Below are positions 49,720 through 63,169 of a DNA stretch of 64,000 nucleotides, in pieces (position 1 is the first letter of the stretch; the number at the start of each line of letters is the position of its first letter). The notes beneath the pieces are model-generated. The model was not told the DNA's origin. It did not search any database and saw only the letters and a program-made list of their open reading frames with translations. A program made the position numbers and the translations under genes. The DNA is taken from the NCBI GenBank assembly GCA_028534125.1, contig CM052817.1:6326001-6390000 (forward strand), in the 5' to 3' direction. This stretch comes from Lama glama. Its lineage: Eukaryota.

Positions 49720-50391
49720 ATATTCTTGTCCACAGAAAATTTAACAGGAGAGAGAACACTGTGGGTCATAAAGTACGTCTCAATAAATGTAAAAGGACGA
49801 AAGTTACATGAAATTTGTTTTCTGATCACAATGGAATTATGATAGAAATTAATAACATAAAGATATCTGGAAATCTGCCAACTGTTTGAAAACGAACACA
49901 AATGTATCAATGAATTGTATGTATTGTATCAAATGAAATGTATCAACAAACACGGATGAATCAAAGAAGAAATAAGAAAGTATTCTGAACCGAATGAAAA
50001 ATACAATTACATATCAAAATCTCAGGATGCTACTAAAGCAGAATTTAGGGTGAGATTTGTGGCACAAAATTCACACAAAGAAAAATTATCTCGAATTAAA
50101 TACTTCACTTCCACATCAAAGAATAAAAACAAAATTAAACTCAAAGAAAACAGAAAAGAGATGATAATTATTAGTAAAGATTAAAAAGACAATAAAATAG
50201 AAAAAAATGATTAGAATGGAAATCTATAAAGTAGAAAACAAAACAAAAACTAATATCAGGAATAATAGAGGTTATGTCAGTACAGGTATTAAAAAGATAA
50301 TAAGGGGTGTTTTAAATAAATTTACATCTTTAGATCGATAAACTATATGAAATAGAAAAACTCCTTGGAAGACACAAATTAAAATGTACTC

Positions 50392-50760
50392 AAAGTGTCA
50401 TATGATGGTGCTTACATGTGGAACTTAGAAAAAAAAATAAAAATTTTATTTAGAAACCAGAAATAGACTCACAGACATAGAAAACAAACTGTGGTTACCA
50501 TGAGGGAAAGAGAGAGGAGGGATGGCTTACGAGTTTGGGATTAACAGATACATACAACTATACAAAAAACAGTTAAACAACAAGGACCTACTGTATAGCA
50601 CAGGGAACAATATTCAGTTTCTTCTAATGAGCCATAATGGAAAAGAATCTGAAAATATATACATGTATGTTTGTGTATGTATAACTCAATTGCTTACCTG
50701 TACACCTGAAACTAACACTGTAAATTGAGTACGCTTGAATAAAAAATCAGAATTAAAAAA
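50392..50760 (+). mobile_element. Younger artiodactyl L1 3'-UTR fragment nested in the old L1
   Basis: AGACTCACAGACATAGAAAACAAACT...AAACAACAAGGACCTACTGTATAGCACAGGGAAC...TGTACACCTGAAACTAACAC...AATAAAAAA, the same 3'-UTR type as 22487-22923. Confidence 0.85.
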
Positions 50761-51224
50761 GTAGATAGCCTGAATATCCTCACATCTATTTAAGAGATTT
50801 AATTTTACTGAAAAATCTACAAAGACTCCCAGGCCCATATGACTTCTCCGCTGGATTCCACCAAATGTTGAATGAAGAAATAAGAACAATTCTACACAAA
50901 GTCTTCTAGAAAATTGAAGAGATGAGAATACTTCCCAATTCATTGTTTGAGGTCAGCATTATACCGATAACCAGTCCAGTTAAGCATATTATGAGAATAT
51001 GAAACTACAGAACAATTTCACTCGCAAATAAAGAAACAAAAATTCTAAACCAATGTTAGGAAATCAAAACCAAGAGCATAAAAAAAGATAATGTATTATG
51101 AATAAAGGGCTTTATCCTAGGAATACAAAATTCGTTTAATGTTTGAAAATCAGTCAATATAATTTACCATATTCACAAACCAAAAGAAGAAAATCTATGG
51201 GCATATCAATATGTGCAAAAAATT

Positions 51225-51350
51225 TTTTACTTGAAGCATGGTTGATTTACGATGTTGTGTTAGTAATACTATGTGATATTACTTATATGTGGATTCTAAA
51301 AATATGACAAACTTATTTTATTTACAAAACAGAAACAGATTCACAGACTC
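51225..51350 (-). mobile_element. Miniature 5'-inverted L1 insertion nested in the old L1
   Basis: About 40 bp of minus-strand L1 terminus (TTGAAGCATGGTTGATTTACGATGTTGTGTTAGT) plus ~85 bp of plus-strand 3'-UTR. Candidate TSD GCAAAAAATT (51215-51224) / GGAAAAAATT (51351-51360). Confidence 0.65.
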
Positions 51351-52424
51351 GGAAAAAATTGATAAAATCCAATATTCATTCCTTTTAACAACACTCATAA
51401 ATTTGGGATGAGAAGGGATTGTCCTTAACCTGATAAAATGCATCTTTTAAAAAAATCTGTATCCAGTATCACACTTAATGGTGAAAGCCTGAATGCTTTT
51501 CTCCCTACAACTGAGAATGTCATTCTCATGCACAACCTTGCCATTTCTATTCAACGTTGTACTAAAAGTTCAGTCCCTGCTACCACATAAGGAAATAAAG
51601 CATTTAAATTTAAATAAAATTAAATTAAGTAATTTTTTATTTGTTCATTATATGATTATCTACGTAGAAATTTTAAAAATCTACAAAAATTAATAAGTGA
51701 GTTTAGCAAGTTTGCAGGAAACAAGGTCAGTCTACAAAAATTAATTGTAGTTCTTTATCCTAGCAAGGAACGATAGGTATTTGTACATCAGAAGCTACAA
51801 AATACTGCTGTCAGAAATAAAAGAAGACCCAACTTACTGGGGAGATATGCCATGTTCATGTGTAAGGAAATTCATATTAATACAAATTATGCTTCATAAC
51901 TTGTTCTATGTATTTATTATAATATTAACCAATATGGCAAGATTTATTTTTTGTAGAAATTAACAAATAGATTCCAAAATTTATATGGAAATGCAAACAA
52001 CCTAAAATAGCAAAAGTTTTGAAAAATAAGAACAAAGTTGGAAGGCAAACAATATTTTATTTCAAAATTTATCCAGTTCTTATTATAAAGCTAAAGTGTA
52101 GATGTGTATAAAGTTTGATGAATAGATCGATGGGACAGAATAAATAGTTCATAAATAGAGCCACACATTTTTGTTTTACAAAGTTGCAAAAGCAGTTCAA
52201 TGGAGAAAAAGAAGTTTTCAAAATATAGTACTGGAAAATGTAAATATACATAAATAAAAAAGGTCTTCAATCAATACTTCATATCATATACAAAAATTAA
52301 ATCAAAGTATATCATATACCTAAACATAAAACATACATCTATAAAATTTCTAAAAGAAAAGATCAAATAAATCCTTTATAATCTAAGGTTATGCAAAGCT
52401 TTTGGATACTTTGTTTAAATTATA

Positions 52425-52615
52425 CAGCTGACCCTTGAACAATGCAAGATCAATCTGTATGATCCACTAACACACTGGTTTTTTTCAGCCCTCAGTATGT
52501 TAAGGTACAGAACTCACAGGTAAGAAGGGCTGACTATGGGACTTGAGCATCCATGGATTTTGGTGTCTGTCACGGGTCCTAGAACCAATCTGCCACTGAT
52601 ACTGAGGGAAATTTG
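52425..52615 (-). mobile_element. MER8-like (Tigger2-derived) non-autonomous DNA transposon nested in L1
   Basis: TA|CAGCTGACCCTTGAACAA...GGGACTTGAGCATCCATGGATTTTGG...GAACCAATC...GATACTGAGGGAAATTTG|TA, with a TA target duplication. Confidence 0.85.
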
Positions 52616-55208
52616 TAATCCATTAAAGAACAATTTGACAAATTGAAATTAATCAGAGGTAAAATCTCCTCTTTGAAAAATACTTATGAGGAAATAAGGC
52701 TAACCAAAGACTGGGAACTTTCTTGCAAAGCAAATATCTGATAAAAATGTGTATTTTACATATATAAAGAGCTCCTAATACTCAGTAATATAAAGACAAC
52801 CCATTTTTTTTTAAAATGGTTAAAGACTGGAAAGACATTTTGCCAAAGAAGACATATGGCAAGCACATAAGCGTATGAAAAGACGCTCAACATCGTTAGT
52901 CCCTAGGCAATGCAAATAAAACCACTATGGGACACCACTATACACATTTCAAAGTTTCTAAAATTAAAAAAAGATTGATAATCTCAAGTGTTAACTTGGA
53001 ACTCTCACACATTACTGGTGGGAATGTAAAAGTGGAACAACCACTTTGGAAACAGTTTGACAGTTTCTTGAAAAGTTTAATATGACCCAGTCATTCCTGT
53101 ACTGCACACTCAGCCAACAGAAGTGAAAGTATACGTCTACATAAACACATGTACAGGAATGCCCATAGTGGCTTTATCTGCAATAGTTAAAAACTGGAAA
53201 CGACCCAAATTTCATCAACAAACTGGCATATTTATATAATAGGATCATACTCAGTAATAAAAAGTGATGAACTATTGACATATTCTGCAATAGGGATAAG
53301 TTCAAAATAACTATGCTGAGTGGAAGTAGAAAATACAGACCAAAAATGAATACATACTGGATAATTCTATTTACATAAAGTTCTAGGAAATGCAAATTAA
53401 TGAACAGTGACAGAAAGCAGATTAGTGGCTACCTGAATATGGGGCAGAAGGCATAGAAGGGTAGATGTTGGAAAAAGAATTACAAAGGAGCCAAAGGAAA
53501 CTGGGGATCATAAATGCTTCAGTGTTATGATTGTGGTGTAGGTTTCATACATACATAAGAACGAAACAAATTACACGTCTAAATAAATGTGATTTATTGT
53601 ATGCCAGTTATATCTCAATAAAGCTAGTAAAAAAAAAATAAACCAACAACAAAACAAATGAGGTCAAACATGAGAAGCAAGAGACAGATTATGTCCACCC
53701 CTGTGAGCCCTAGTGAGGAATTTGAACTGAACTCAAAATGCTGTAAAGAGGAAGGACTTCAATAGCTCTTATGAGTTACTGTAAATGAAAAAAATTTCTC
53801 CATCCTCAAAGCACAGTACTAAGTGCTTTCACTTAAATAATCTCATTTTGTCTTTCCAACATCCCAGTAGTTACTACTTTTCCTGATAAGGAATCTGAAG
53901 ATTACGAGAATTAAATGATTCTTCAAAGGACTAGGCACAGGTGCTGGGATTTGATTATGGCTTGTCTTGCTGCAAAATCCACTTATGCTCAACTACACAG
54001 AACGTCCTATCCTAATGGGAAGGCACTTGCATTCCAGAGGGAAAGATGAGGTGACTCCCCAATTAACTGTAACACAAGGTGGAATATGTCCGTGGTTATT
54101 TGAAGACATTGAAAAAGGTCTGTAAGAGATCAGTGGGAAAGAGTGAGAAGTATTCTGATGGAAGGAGGCGAGCTGGATAGCAGGGAAGCTTCACAGAGCT
54201 GGTACACTTTTTGTGGATCTTCTGGAATAGGTAGGATATGAACAGCTCAAAGTGGGGAAGGAGACTTTCTTGGTGGACCAAACTGTGTAAGTAAGGCTAC
54301 AGAAGGGAAAAAAAAAAGCTTTTGGAGAAGAACACATCAGCTTTTTGAGAACTCTTGTATGGACACTAGGGTAAAACATATTGTTTGGAAATTTAATTGA
54401 AGTCAGATAATTTGGTCTAACACAAAGCACAAAGCTAAATTATGTATTCACTGGATGAATGCCAAGTTAGTCTTGATGAATGCTGAATGTGCAAGGTTCT
54501 GGGTTCTAGTGGTTGTCACGGAGCTACGGTTGCCCAAATATTGTTCTTGTCATAAGAATCTTTCATAAATTTATAGAGAATTAATGCTGTAAGATACTAA
54601 TAAGTCTCCTAATTTAATCTTTTTTATGGAAAAAATAATGGCTGAGAGAGGTGAGGTGACATGTCCAAAGTGAGTTGGTAGCAAAGATATACTTAGAGCC
54701 ATGCAGAGATTTCCCAGATATGTTGTCTTTCTACTGTGTCGTACTGCCAAATTCCTCAGCCTATGGCCTTATCTTTCCTGAGCTTCCTCTATGCAGCTTT
54801 AATAACAAGGAATTAAAGATAGGAATATTTGATGGAGGTGAGATTATCACAGCAAACAACACTTTGTAGGAAACAGATTGATGCTTGTGCTTGTGGGCAG
54901 ACATCTAAAAGTAGCCCATCTGGATTGCTGGATTGAGACTCTCTTAATATAAATAAAATTTTTATGTTGGAAAATGAACACAGTTCGTTGCGAGCTTGAA
55001 GAGTGCCTAGGTGTTGAACAAAGAAATAAGAAATAAACTTGCAAACACAAAACACACAGGGCCAGATTCTTTCTATGGAATCATAGAAGTCACTGATAGG
55101 ATGAGAAAAATGAATAAATGTGAACCCACGTTTTGGCCAATTCATTCAGTGAGTGAATGTGTCACACACTCTGCTAAGGGCAGTGATAGCAGGTGTTAGA
55201 AAACCATT

Positions 55209-55730
55209 GTAATTTCTGTCTGGTGACGATTGTTCTCTACTTCTTTTTGCCCCTCTCAATACCTTCCTTTCTTTGCCCTGCCCCATTCTTGTGTGGTTTA
55301 GGTGAAACTGACAATGGGGTTCCCTGTAGCTATTGGAGTGAGCAGTTCACTCACTTAGACCTGCCCCAAAACACAGTACCCTATCCTCCTAACCTCAGAG
55401 AGTTCCACAACAGTGAGCGTGAGATCCAGTCCTGGCCAATCAAAATCCTTCCCTGGGAATTTATATTTGGCCACTGCAGAAAGATGTTCTCTCTTTTCTT
55501 TTAGTTTATAAAGTCAAGCAGCCACTAGTTGGCAAAAGCCCATTTGAACTGTGAGTGAACAAAGCCAGTTCTCACAAACAAGAAGAACCAGAGCCAAGAC
55601 ATGCCAAGTTCTGACAGCGTGAGTCCCCAGATGCAGGCATGCCTGAGTCCATTGCCACCCCAGTGCTTCCCACTCATGTGACCCAATATTCTCCTTTTGG
55701 CATTTAGGCTAATTTGAGCTCTGCTGCTTC
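55209..55730 (+). mobile_element. MLT1K-like MaLR LTR
   Basis: TGTGGTTTAGGTGAAACTGAC...GATCCAGTCCTGGCCAATCAAAATCCTTCCCTGGGA...GATGCAGGCATGCCTGAG...TGTGACCCAATATTCTCCTTTT. Confidence 0.7.
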
Positions 55731-55739
55731 AGAGGGAGG

Positions 55740-56300
55740 CATTCAGACTGATGCAGTAACACAAAGGACAGGTTGTGAGCTTCCACTATGTGCCAAGGTA
55801 CATGCTGGGGGAGGAGCTGCAGAGATGAGTGTGATATGACCCTACCCTTGTCGAAGTCACAGCTAGTTTGTGGGCAGGCTTTCAAATCTATAATGGCAAT
55901 GCTGTAGGATAATAACAATAGCAAAAGTAAGAACCTGGAACCTGGAAAGAAGAAGAATAGGTCAAGAAGTTCATCCCAAATCTGGAGACACCAGAGCATG
56001 GTTTGTAATAATGAAGCAAAACTCCAGAGCAAATGCTTTTCAGATAGAAGGAGATTATCTGCAAAACGTGGGATTTTGAAGTAGCTTGGCACATCTGGGG
56101 ACCTCTTAGAAGGACAGTATTGTCAGGGGGCAGTCACTAGAGATGAGACTGGGGATGCAAGCAGAAGCCAGATGGTGGAGAGCTTTGATAGAATCCAGCC
56201 TACCAGCAAGGGTAAATGCTAAGGTGTTTTAAGCCATGGAAGAGTGACATGATCACTTGATTAAGGAAGACTTGCACATTCAGGATATAGGGCTATAATG
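55740..56300 (-). mobile_element. L2 LINE fragment
   Basis: CATTCAGACTG...GAGCTTCCACTATGTGCCAAGG...AGATGAGACTGG...GTTTTAAGCCATGGAAGAGTGACATGATC. Confidence 0.6.
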
Positions 56301-58504
56301 CTTCTGGAAGATTACCAGTAGACCCAGAGAAATGATACGAGTCCAGGAAAGAATGTCAGCTGTAACTATAAACAGGTTTCTGTCAAAGTAGGAGCCTCAG
56401 CTACGGGCACCCATTGGAGAGCAAACTCCTCTGGTCCTTAGTACCAACAAAAGTAGCTCATTGCCCAAGTCATCATCTGATCTTGGAGAAGATCACATCA
56501 AACCTTCATGGGACCTCCCTTTATCATTCTCGTGGTTTTCAAAGGACCATTTTTCTAGTACACTTTCCCTGCATAGGCCCAGGAAGGCCTTAAGCTGGTC
56601 TCAAGTTTATACTTGCAACTTTTTTCCATATAGAGGGAAATTTTCCCCTGAGGCCTATGGGATCTATCCACTTTTTGACAATATATCATGAGGTTTAAGT
56701 TGCCAAGGAGCTGGAGCTGCATCTTACTTATCTCCGAATCCCAGTGCTTAAATTCTTTACCCATAGGTAAATGTGTAGTAAATGTTTACTGAACAAAATT
56801 TCTGGGCACAAGCTTTCCCCACAATGAGGATACTCAGTGTGTAAATTGCATACCTTCAATTTCCTGAAAGTCTTGATGCATTATTTTGCCATTAATTATC
56901 CAGCAATCAGAGGTTTGGGTTTATTTTAAGAATCAGAATTTTAATGAGAAATGAAGTGTAAATATTTATGTCCAACAATAACATAGCTGCAATTAATTGG
57001 AGCTCTGGTGCCTGAGTGTCAGAGTTTCTAGGCGTTGTGGTCTCTAATTATATTCTCTAGGCTGTGTCTGTAGGCACAGACTATTTCTATTCCCCCTTTT
57101 GTATGGCCCCATTTTTGCAAGTACAAAGTTCAGGAATAAATATAGGGTCTAAATCAGTCCCCAAGAACCAACCTAGGATAAGTTTGCTGAATCCACATAA
57201 GACATCCTATTATATCACCGTTTTTTGAAGATTGACTCCCTATGCAGACCTGCTATCAATTTCTATGTATGATTGTCTAAGCAGGTACATGTCTTTTCAA
57301 GCATCTGCTAACACTGGCAGGCCCTAAAATAAACCTCCACATTAGCAACTTGCACTTAAAAAAAAAAATTTATCCGGAAACATCTGCTGAGCTATTTTCT
57401 GTTTTCTCCCTCCCTCCCTCCCAGGTCTATGGAAGCAGAGCGAGGTGAACATGCAGCTTGAGACTTTCATTTCAAGAAAGGGCGGCTGAATAGGGAAGTG
57501 GCTGTTTGGAAGAGGAAAAATAAAAACTGGAAAATTGCTCAGGGAAAGAAATGGGGGAGAGGGTGCGATGACAGCCTGTTGGGGAGCAGACACAGCTCTA
57601 GAAGAGTAGGTGGAGCCCTGGGTTTACACTTCCACTCTGTCTCTTTCTGTCCGGGGAAGATTCAGGAAAGCAGCCTCACTCTGAGCCTCTGGGGCCACTT
57701 TTAAATGCTTATAATAACACCAGTGTCAGAAAATCATCTTGCGGCTTATCTAGCGTGATATACGTAAATGCGCTCAGTATATATTGACAGTAGATGCAAA
57801 GGGATTGCGTCTATTCTTTATAGACAAGTTACAGTTTCAAGGGAAGTAGTCAATGAGGTGATGAATTGAGATTCTCTCTCCAAAATCACTCTGATATCGG
57901 GGCACTTGAAATGTTATTTGACTCTTGTTCATTCAGTTACGTTCTAATTCATGTGATAATGACCATGAAGGAGCACTTGAAAGACCCTAACACCATCGCT
58001 CATTACCTGCTTCAAGACCAAGTCCACCCTTCTATCCTTAGATGGAAACTCCTTGAGAGAAAAAAAAAAAACAACAACTCTGAATTTCACATCTTTGTTT
58101 TGTTTTGTTTTGCTTTGTTTTGTTTGTTTGTTTTTCCATTGGCTTTAACACAGAACCCTGAGCAAAGAGCGGTGCCCAGGAAAGCATACTGAATCGAACC
58201 CAGTTGGATCAGAATATGATACAGCAGATGAAGAAATCATTTACTTGTAGCTTTGGTCTTTTCCATGGGTGCATGAGTTCTGGATATCCTGGGAAATCCC
58301 AGCCCTTAAGGGTTCTTGAATACACACAAAACCCTTGAGCTTCAAACCCCAGTTCTTTCTAAAATACAACTAGATTTGGGGGACATTTTCAAGAAAATTT
58401 TAATTGTTTTCCTAGTTTAATTTCAGACGTCACCTCCACTAGAAAGATTTGTTCAGACATTCAGTCTCTCTTCTGTGTGTTTCTAGTACAGTTTACATGT
58501 CTGG

Positions 58505-58775
58505 ATATATTAATTATAGTAGTTGTTACAGTAGATAAATTTTGAAATCTCAGTGCTTTATCCTGAGGAAAATGTAATAATATGGATAAAGGATGATGGG
58601 GAAGGATGGCTATCTTAGTGACCCAGGCTGGTACAGACTCTGGTTGTCAACATGTAGCCTCCAAGGTCATTCAAGACATTGGTGTCCTCCAGGCAGGAGG
58701 GGGAAGAGAGATCATAAAAGAACATGCATAAAGTTTTGATGGGTGTGCTCTGGAAGTAGCAGACATCACTTTTCT
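58505..58775 (-). mobile_element. MLT1J-like MaLR LTR fragment
   Basis: AAATCTCAGTGCTTTA...GACCCAGGCTG...CAACATGTAGCCTCCAAGGTCA...CTGGAAGTAGCAGACATCACTT. Confidence 0.55.
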
Positions 58776-59749
58776 TTGGTGGGAGGATTGTCTAGTTCAC
58801 TGAACAGAGGATACAGGAGTGGGTTTGAATATGCAGTCATAGCTCAGCTACCCAGGAGCAACTCTACACAGGCTTTACTGATCACATAATAAGGGCAGAA
58901 TCTCATGGAAATTAAGAGTGTGTCTCCTGGAATGTGACTGCTTGGCTTGCCTCCCAGTTCTGTCTTATTCACTGATGGTTTCTTGATCTGTAAAATGGAC
59001 ATAACAGTAATTATTGGGAGAAAATCAATGAGTGAATATAGTCAAAGGGCTTCATATAGCATTGAGAATAGTGCAGGAACTCAACACATGTGCATTATTT
59101 AAATAGCTTCCTAAAGTTAGCATCTAGTATGTGATACCCACTACTGTAGCACCGTTACCTGGATCCTTACCTAAGTCCTTCTTCTGAATCTGGTTTCTCA
59201 TTTATTCCTGTCCTTCTGTGGCCCACTTTAACTTTTATTTTCTTAACCAGTGTTGGTTACTGTTGCCTGCAATCAGAATTCCTTAGCTTACACTTTAGAG
59301 TACTATATATTTATCTATGAAATTGTTATGAAGTAGGTAAAATCCATCTTAGCATTGATGTTCTAGCATCCTGGTTCTCTTATTTAATTTTTTAAGCAAC
59401 TGACATCTTGGATAGAGATAAAAAGATTGTTATACTTATGACAACTAATATAAGCATGCAGAATATTACAGCGAACTAGCCAGATGGCTGTTGTCTTATT
59501 ATTTTTTTTGAAAATGCTATTTCGTACTCCATGTTCACAAACACAGGTGATATGCAAATGTTATATTTGCTTTCTTTTGTTCTTCTTCAGGTCTCTAATC
59601 ACACTTTCTAAGATTAATGTTTTTAAAATAGATTAGTTTAATGTTAATATAAGCGACTGTTAGAAGTTTCACATGATGCTCTTAAGAATTGCATGTGGGA
59701 ATGTGAATGCTTGTTTCTCCAACTCATTCATATATTCATTTCTTTCTTT

Positions 59750-60600
59750 AAATTATGCAACTTTTCGGTCTTTTGCAACATGGTCAGTCCAGTGAATTTC
59801 ATTCAAACACTCCAGACAAACTGAGACCTCTTTAACCCCTTGCCTCAGACCCCTCCTCTCTCCACAGGTAATTACAAGCTACCCTGTAGATGTAATGACT
59901 CTTTATCTTTCCAGCCTGGTTTTAAAAGCCTTTATGTACATAGTGGGGTTTTTTTTTGTTTGTTTGTTTGTTTGTTTGTTTTCTGCAGGATTTTTTTGAT
60001 CGTGATTTGTTGTGATTTTTGTTACCAATTGAAACCATACTGTTTCTCTCACTTAACATTATGTCTGTGGGAGCTTTACATGTTAATACAGATTGACCTT
60101 GTTTTTTTAGAGACCACACAGTGTTCTATGCAATGTGCAAAACTATTAGGGACTCCCTTATTAATAGACGTTATTAGACGCAACACCACAATGATGGTCT
60201 TTATGCCTGATTTGCTAGGTCTCAAAGTGTTTCTCTGGGATAAATATGTAGAATCATAAATGCCATTCTAACCTCTGAATGGGCTCTGCACGTTGGTACA
60301 TTTCCACCGCAATGTAAGAGAGGCTCTGTTCCCCAACCCCTTGCTAAAAAATGGCTATTATTAAACTTTCCATTTTTGCCGAACCATTAGGTAAGGAATA
60401 GTATCTTGTTGTTTTAATACACATTTTGCTGGACTAGAATAGCTCTCCATTTACTCCTTGATTTTTTGCAACCTTCGTCTATAACTTTCATGTTCGATTT
60501 TTCTATTGGGCTGTTTTTATGTTATTGATTTGTGGGAGTTATTTATGTATCTCTGACATAACTTCTTGCTTGCTACCTACATTGCAACAGTTTTCTTCTT
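59750..60600 (-). mobile_element. Old L1ME-like 3' fragment
   Basis: T-rich antisense L1 motifs (TTCTCTCACTTAACATTATGTCTGTG; GTAAGGAATAGTATCTTGTTGTTTTAAT; TTTTCTATTGGGCTG...TTGATTTGTGGGAGTT). Confidence 0.6.
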
Positions 60601-61787
60601 TACAGTTTTCTACCCACCTTTGATTCTATCCATCTCTGCCTTTGAATTCTTTATTTGTCACTAGGCTCTTTGACTACTTGGTCTTCATGCTGACATCTAT
60701 ACTTGGCTCTACTTACCTCTGATGCCTGTGAACAATTTACAATTGTCTAGCTTTTGGCCTTGGAAGTGGCCTTTGGTGATGTCTTACCAATAGGTCATAG
60801 GTCTCCCCCTGGCTTTATACTGATTGGGTCTTTTTGAGAAACTGGTAGGCATATTGAATTTAAGACTTCATTCCTCCCAGGACCTGTGCTATGCTGAAGT
60901 GTATGCAGTGGATCACATAGTCTGTGTCTGATATTTCCTTAGGCCAACTCCTTTCCTCTCCACTCTGAAAAAGGAGAGGCTGATATTTATGAGCAAATCA
61001 CAATTAAAATACACTCTGTAATTATTATGACATAATTACTATCACTCCCTAAACAGCCATAAGTCTTCACCATTGCTTCCAGTTTTCTAGAACAGAGTTA
61101 ATGTTCCTGTTTAAGTGAAGAAAGACAAACTAGAAGCCTGATGTTACAGTCAATGTCTCCTCTTCCTTCCCTCTCACAGCCCAGTGTGTATTACAATCTG
61201 TCCATTCCAGCTACTAAACTCTGGAACCCGGGATGTACAAAGTACAAAGCTACAAAAATTTTGAGTGTTCAGGACAGAATCAGAAATAGGATGGTAGAGG
61301 TGAGTTACAGAAGGAAATCTGTAGAGGCAGAGAGAATAATCAGAGCTTCGTAGGGCAGAAAAATGACTTTGAATTCAGTTCCAAATGAAATGGGAGCCAC
61401 TGGAACACTATAATTGGGGGAGAAATATGCTCAAATGTTTGTTTTCAAGAGATTATCATGGCTTTTGAGTTAAGGAAGGATAGTAGTGGAACAAGCATTT
61501 TGGAAGATATAAGGGGACAAGGTTTGAAGGTGTGTTCAATGGAGAAAAGAGTGAGGATGCAATGATGTAATTATATTCAAATTCGTCCACCAACGTATCC
61601 ACCACAGAAAATCAATGTCTTTGAGTTATTATATTTTTATTGTTCTCTTTGAGTCATTTCATCTTTAGGTGTTTTTTTTTTCTTTTCAACCATCAGCTAG
61701 AACTCTAAATTTTGCCATTTGTAGATATGTCCAAGGGTAAGGGTGTTTTCAAGAACAAAAAAGTAATCGTTAGTTTTCATTTAAAAA

Positions 61788-62287
61788 NNNNNNNNNNNNN
61801 NNNNNNNNNNNNNNNNNNNNNNNNNNNNNNNNNNNNNNNNNNNNNNNNNNNNNNNNNNNNNNNNNNNNNNNNNNNNNNNNNNNNNNNNNNNNNNNNNNNN
61901 NNNNNNNNNNNNNNNNNNNNNNNNNNNNNNNNNNNNNNNNNNNNNNNNNNNNNNNNNNNNNNNNNNNNNNNNNNNNNNNNNNNNNNNNNNNNNNNNNNNN
62001 NNNNNNNNNNNNNNNNNNNNNNNNNNNNNNNNNNNNNNNNNNNNNNNNNNNNNNNNNNNNNNNNNNNNNNNNNNNNNNNNNNNNNNNNNNNNNNNNNNNN
62101 NNNNNNNNNNNNNNNNNNNNNNNNNNNNNNNNNNNNNNNNNNNNNNNNNNNNNNNNNNNNNNNNNNNNNNNNNNNNNNNNNNNNNNNNNNNNNNNNNNNN
62201 NNNNNNNNNNNNNNNNNNNNNNNNNNNNNNNNNNNNNNNNNNNNNNNNNNNNNNNNNNNNNNNNNNNNNNNNNNNNNNNNNNNNNNN
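61788..62287. other. Assembly gap (500 N)
   Basis: Exactly 500 consecutive N. Confidence 1.
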
Positions 62288-63169
62288 CTGAATGGTCCAT
62301 GGCTGAGATAGGCCAGGTTGTTTTAACCTGCAGTGCAGTTACACCTGCTACTTCTCCTTGTTTGGAATGTCCTTTCTCTGCCCTTTACCGGGCTGACCCT
62401 TATTCCTTAATGGCCCAGCTCTGAAATAACCTAGATGTTGTCTTTCATGGCCTCTCCCCTTTGAGTCATCAACCATCCCCTCCACTTAGCTCTTTGTGTA
62501 CTTTGTATGTAACTCTGTCCTTTCGTTGATTGTGCTGTGTCATGACTCTCTGAGGACAACATGAGATTTAGGATCTCAGGGTCCACGCACTGCACCTACC
62601 TTGGAACTTAGTCACATGCCTGGCATCAGGCACTCAAAAATTCTGGTGAACTAATTCCCATTGGTCTGAATTTCATTGGTAAACCCTTTCCGTTTCAATT
62701 TGGCTAATATTTGTCTTGCACCTGCTGCATGACACAGCTGAAGGAAGACCTACAAGATTAGTTATGAACAGATGGATCTCAGCCTTCCTTGGAACCTTCA
62801 TCTACAAAGAGACAGCAGGCCAGTACAAGGAATGACAATTGAGATTGTCAACTCAACTGAAAGCTTCCTGAGAGCAGGGACATGTCTCTCTTCTAAACTG
62901 CCCTGTGCACATCTTAAACACCTGTTTGCACTCAATATGTAACATTGAACAAATTATTGGGCTGATTGGATCCATCCCAACTCCTACAGATTAGGTTAAT
63001 GCTTTGTAATTATGTCTATTTGCATTTTTAAATCTGGAATCCACTTCGTGTAATGAATCACATCAGAGTCCCTGGCTCTAATTTTAGGAGACAGAATGTT
63101 ACAGGGCTAGCAGCCATCTGTTTCCTTGAGCAAATCTGCAACTGGAAAGTGTGAATGCAGATTCTTTAT

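Larger units (their letters stand above)
49000..53640 (+). mobile_element. Degenerate old L1 (L1MD-like): endonuclease to 3' UTR with internal deletions
   Basis: A-rich sense strand with recognisable L1 ORF2 tracts (e.g. ATCACACTTAATGGTGAAAGCCTGAATGCTTTCTCCCTA; AAATGCAAATAAAACCAC-like). L1MD-type 3' end GTGACAGAAAGCAGATTAGTGG...TATCTCAATAAAGCT followed by poly(A). No intact ORF. Confidence 0.85.
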
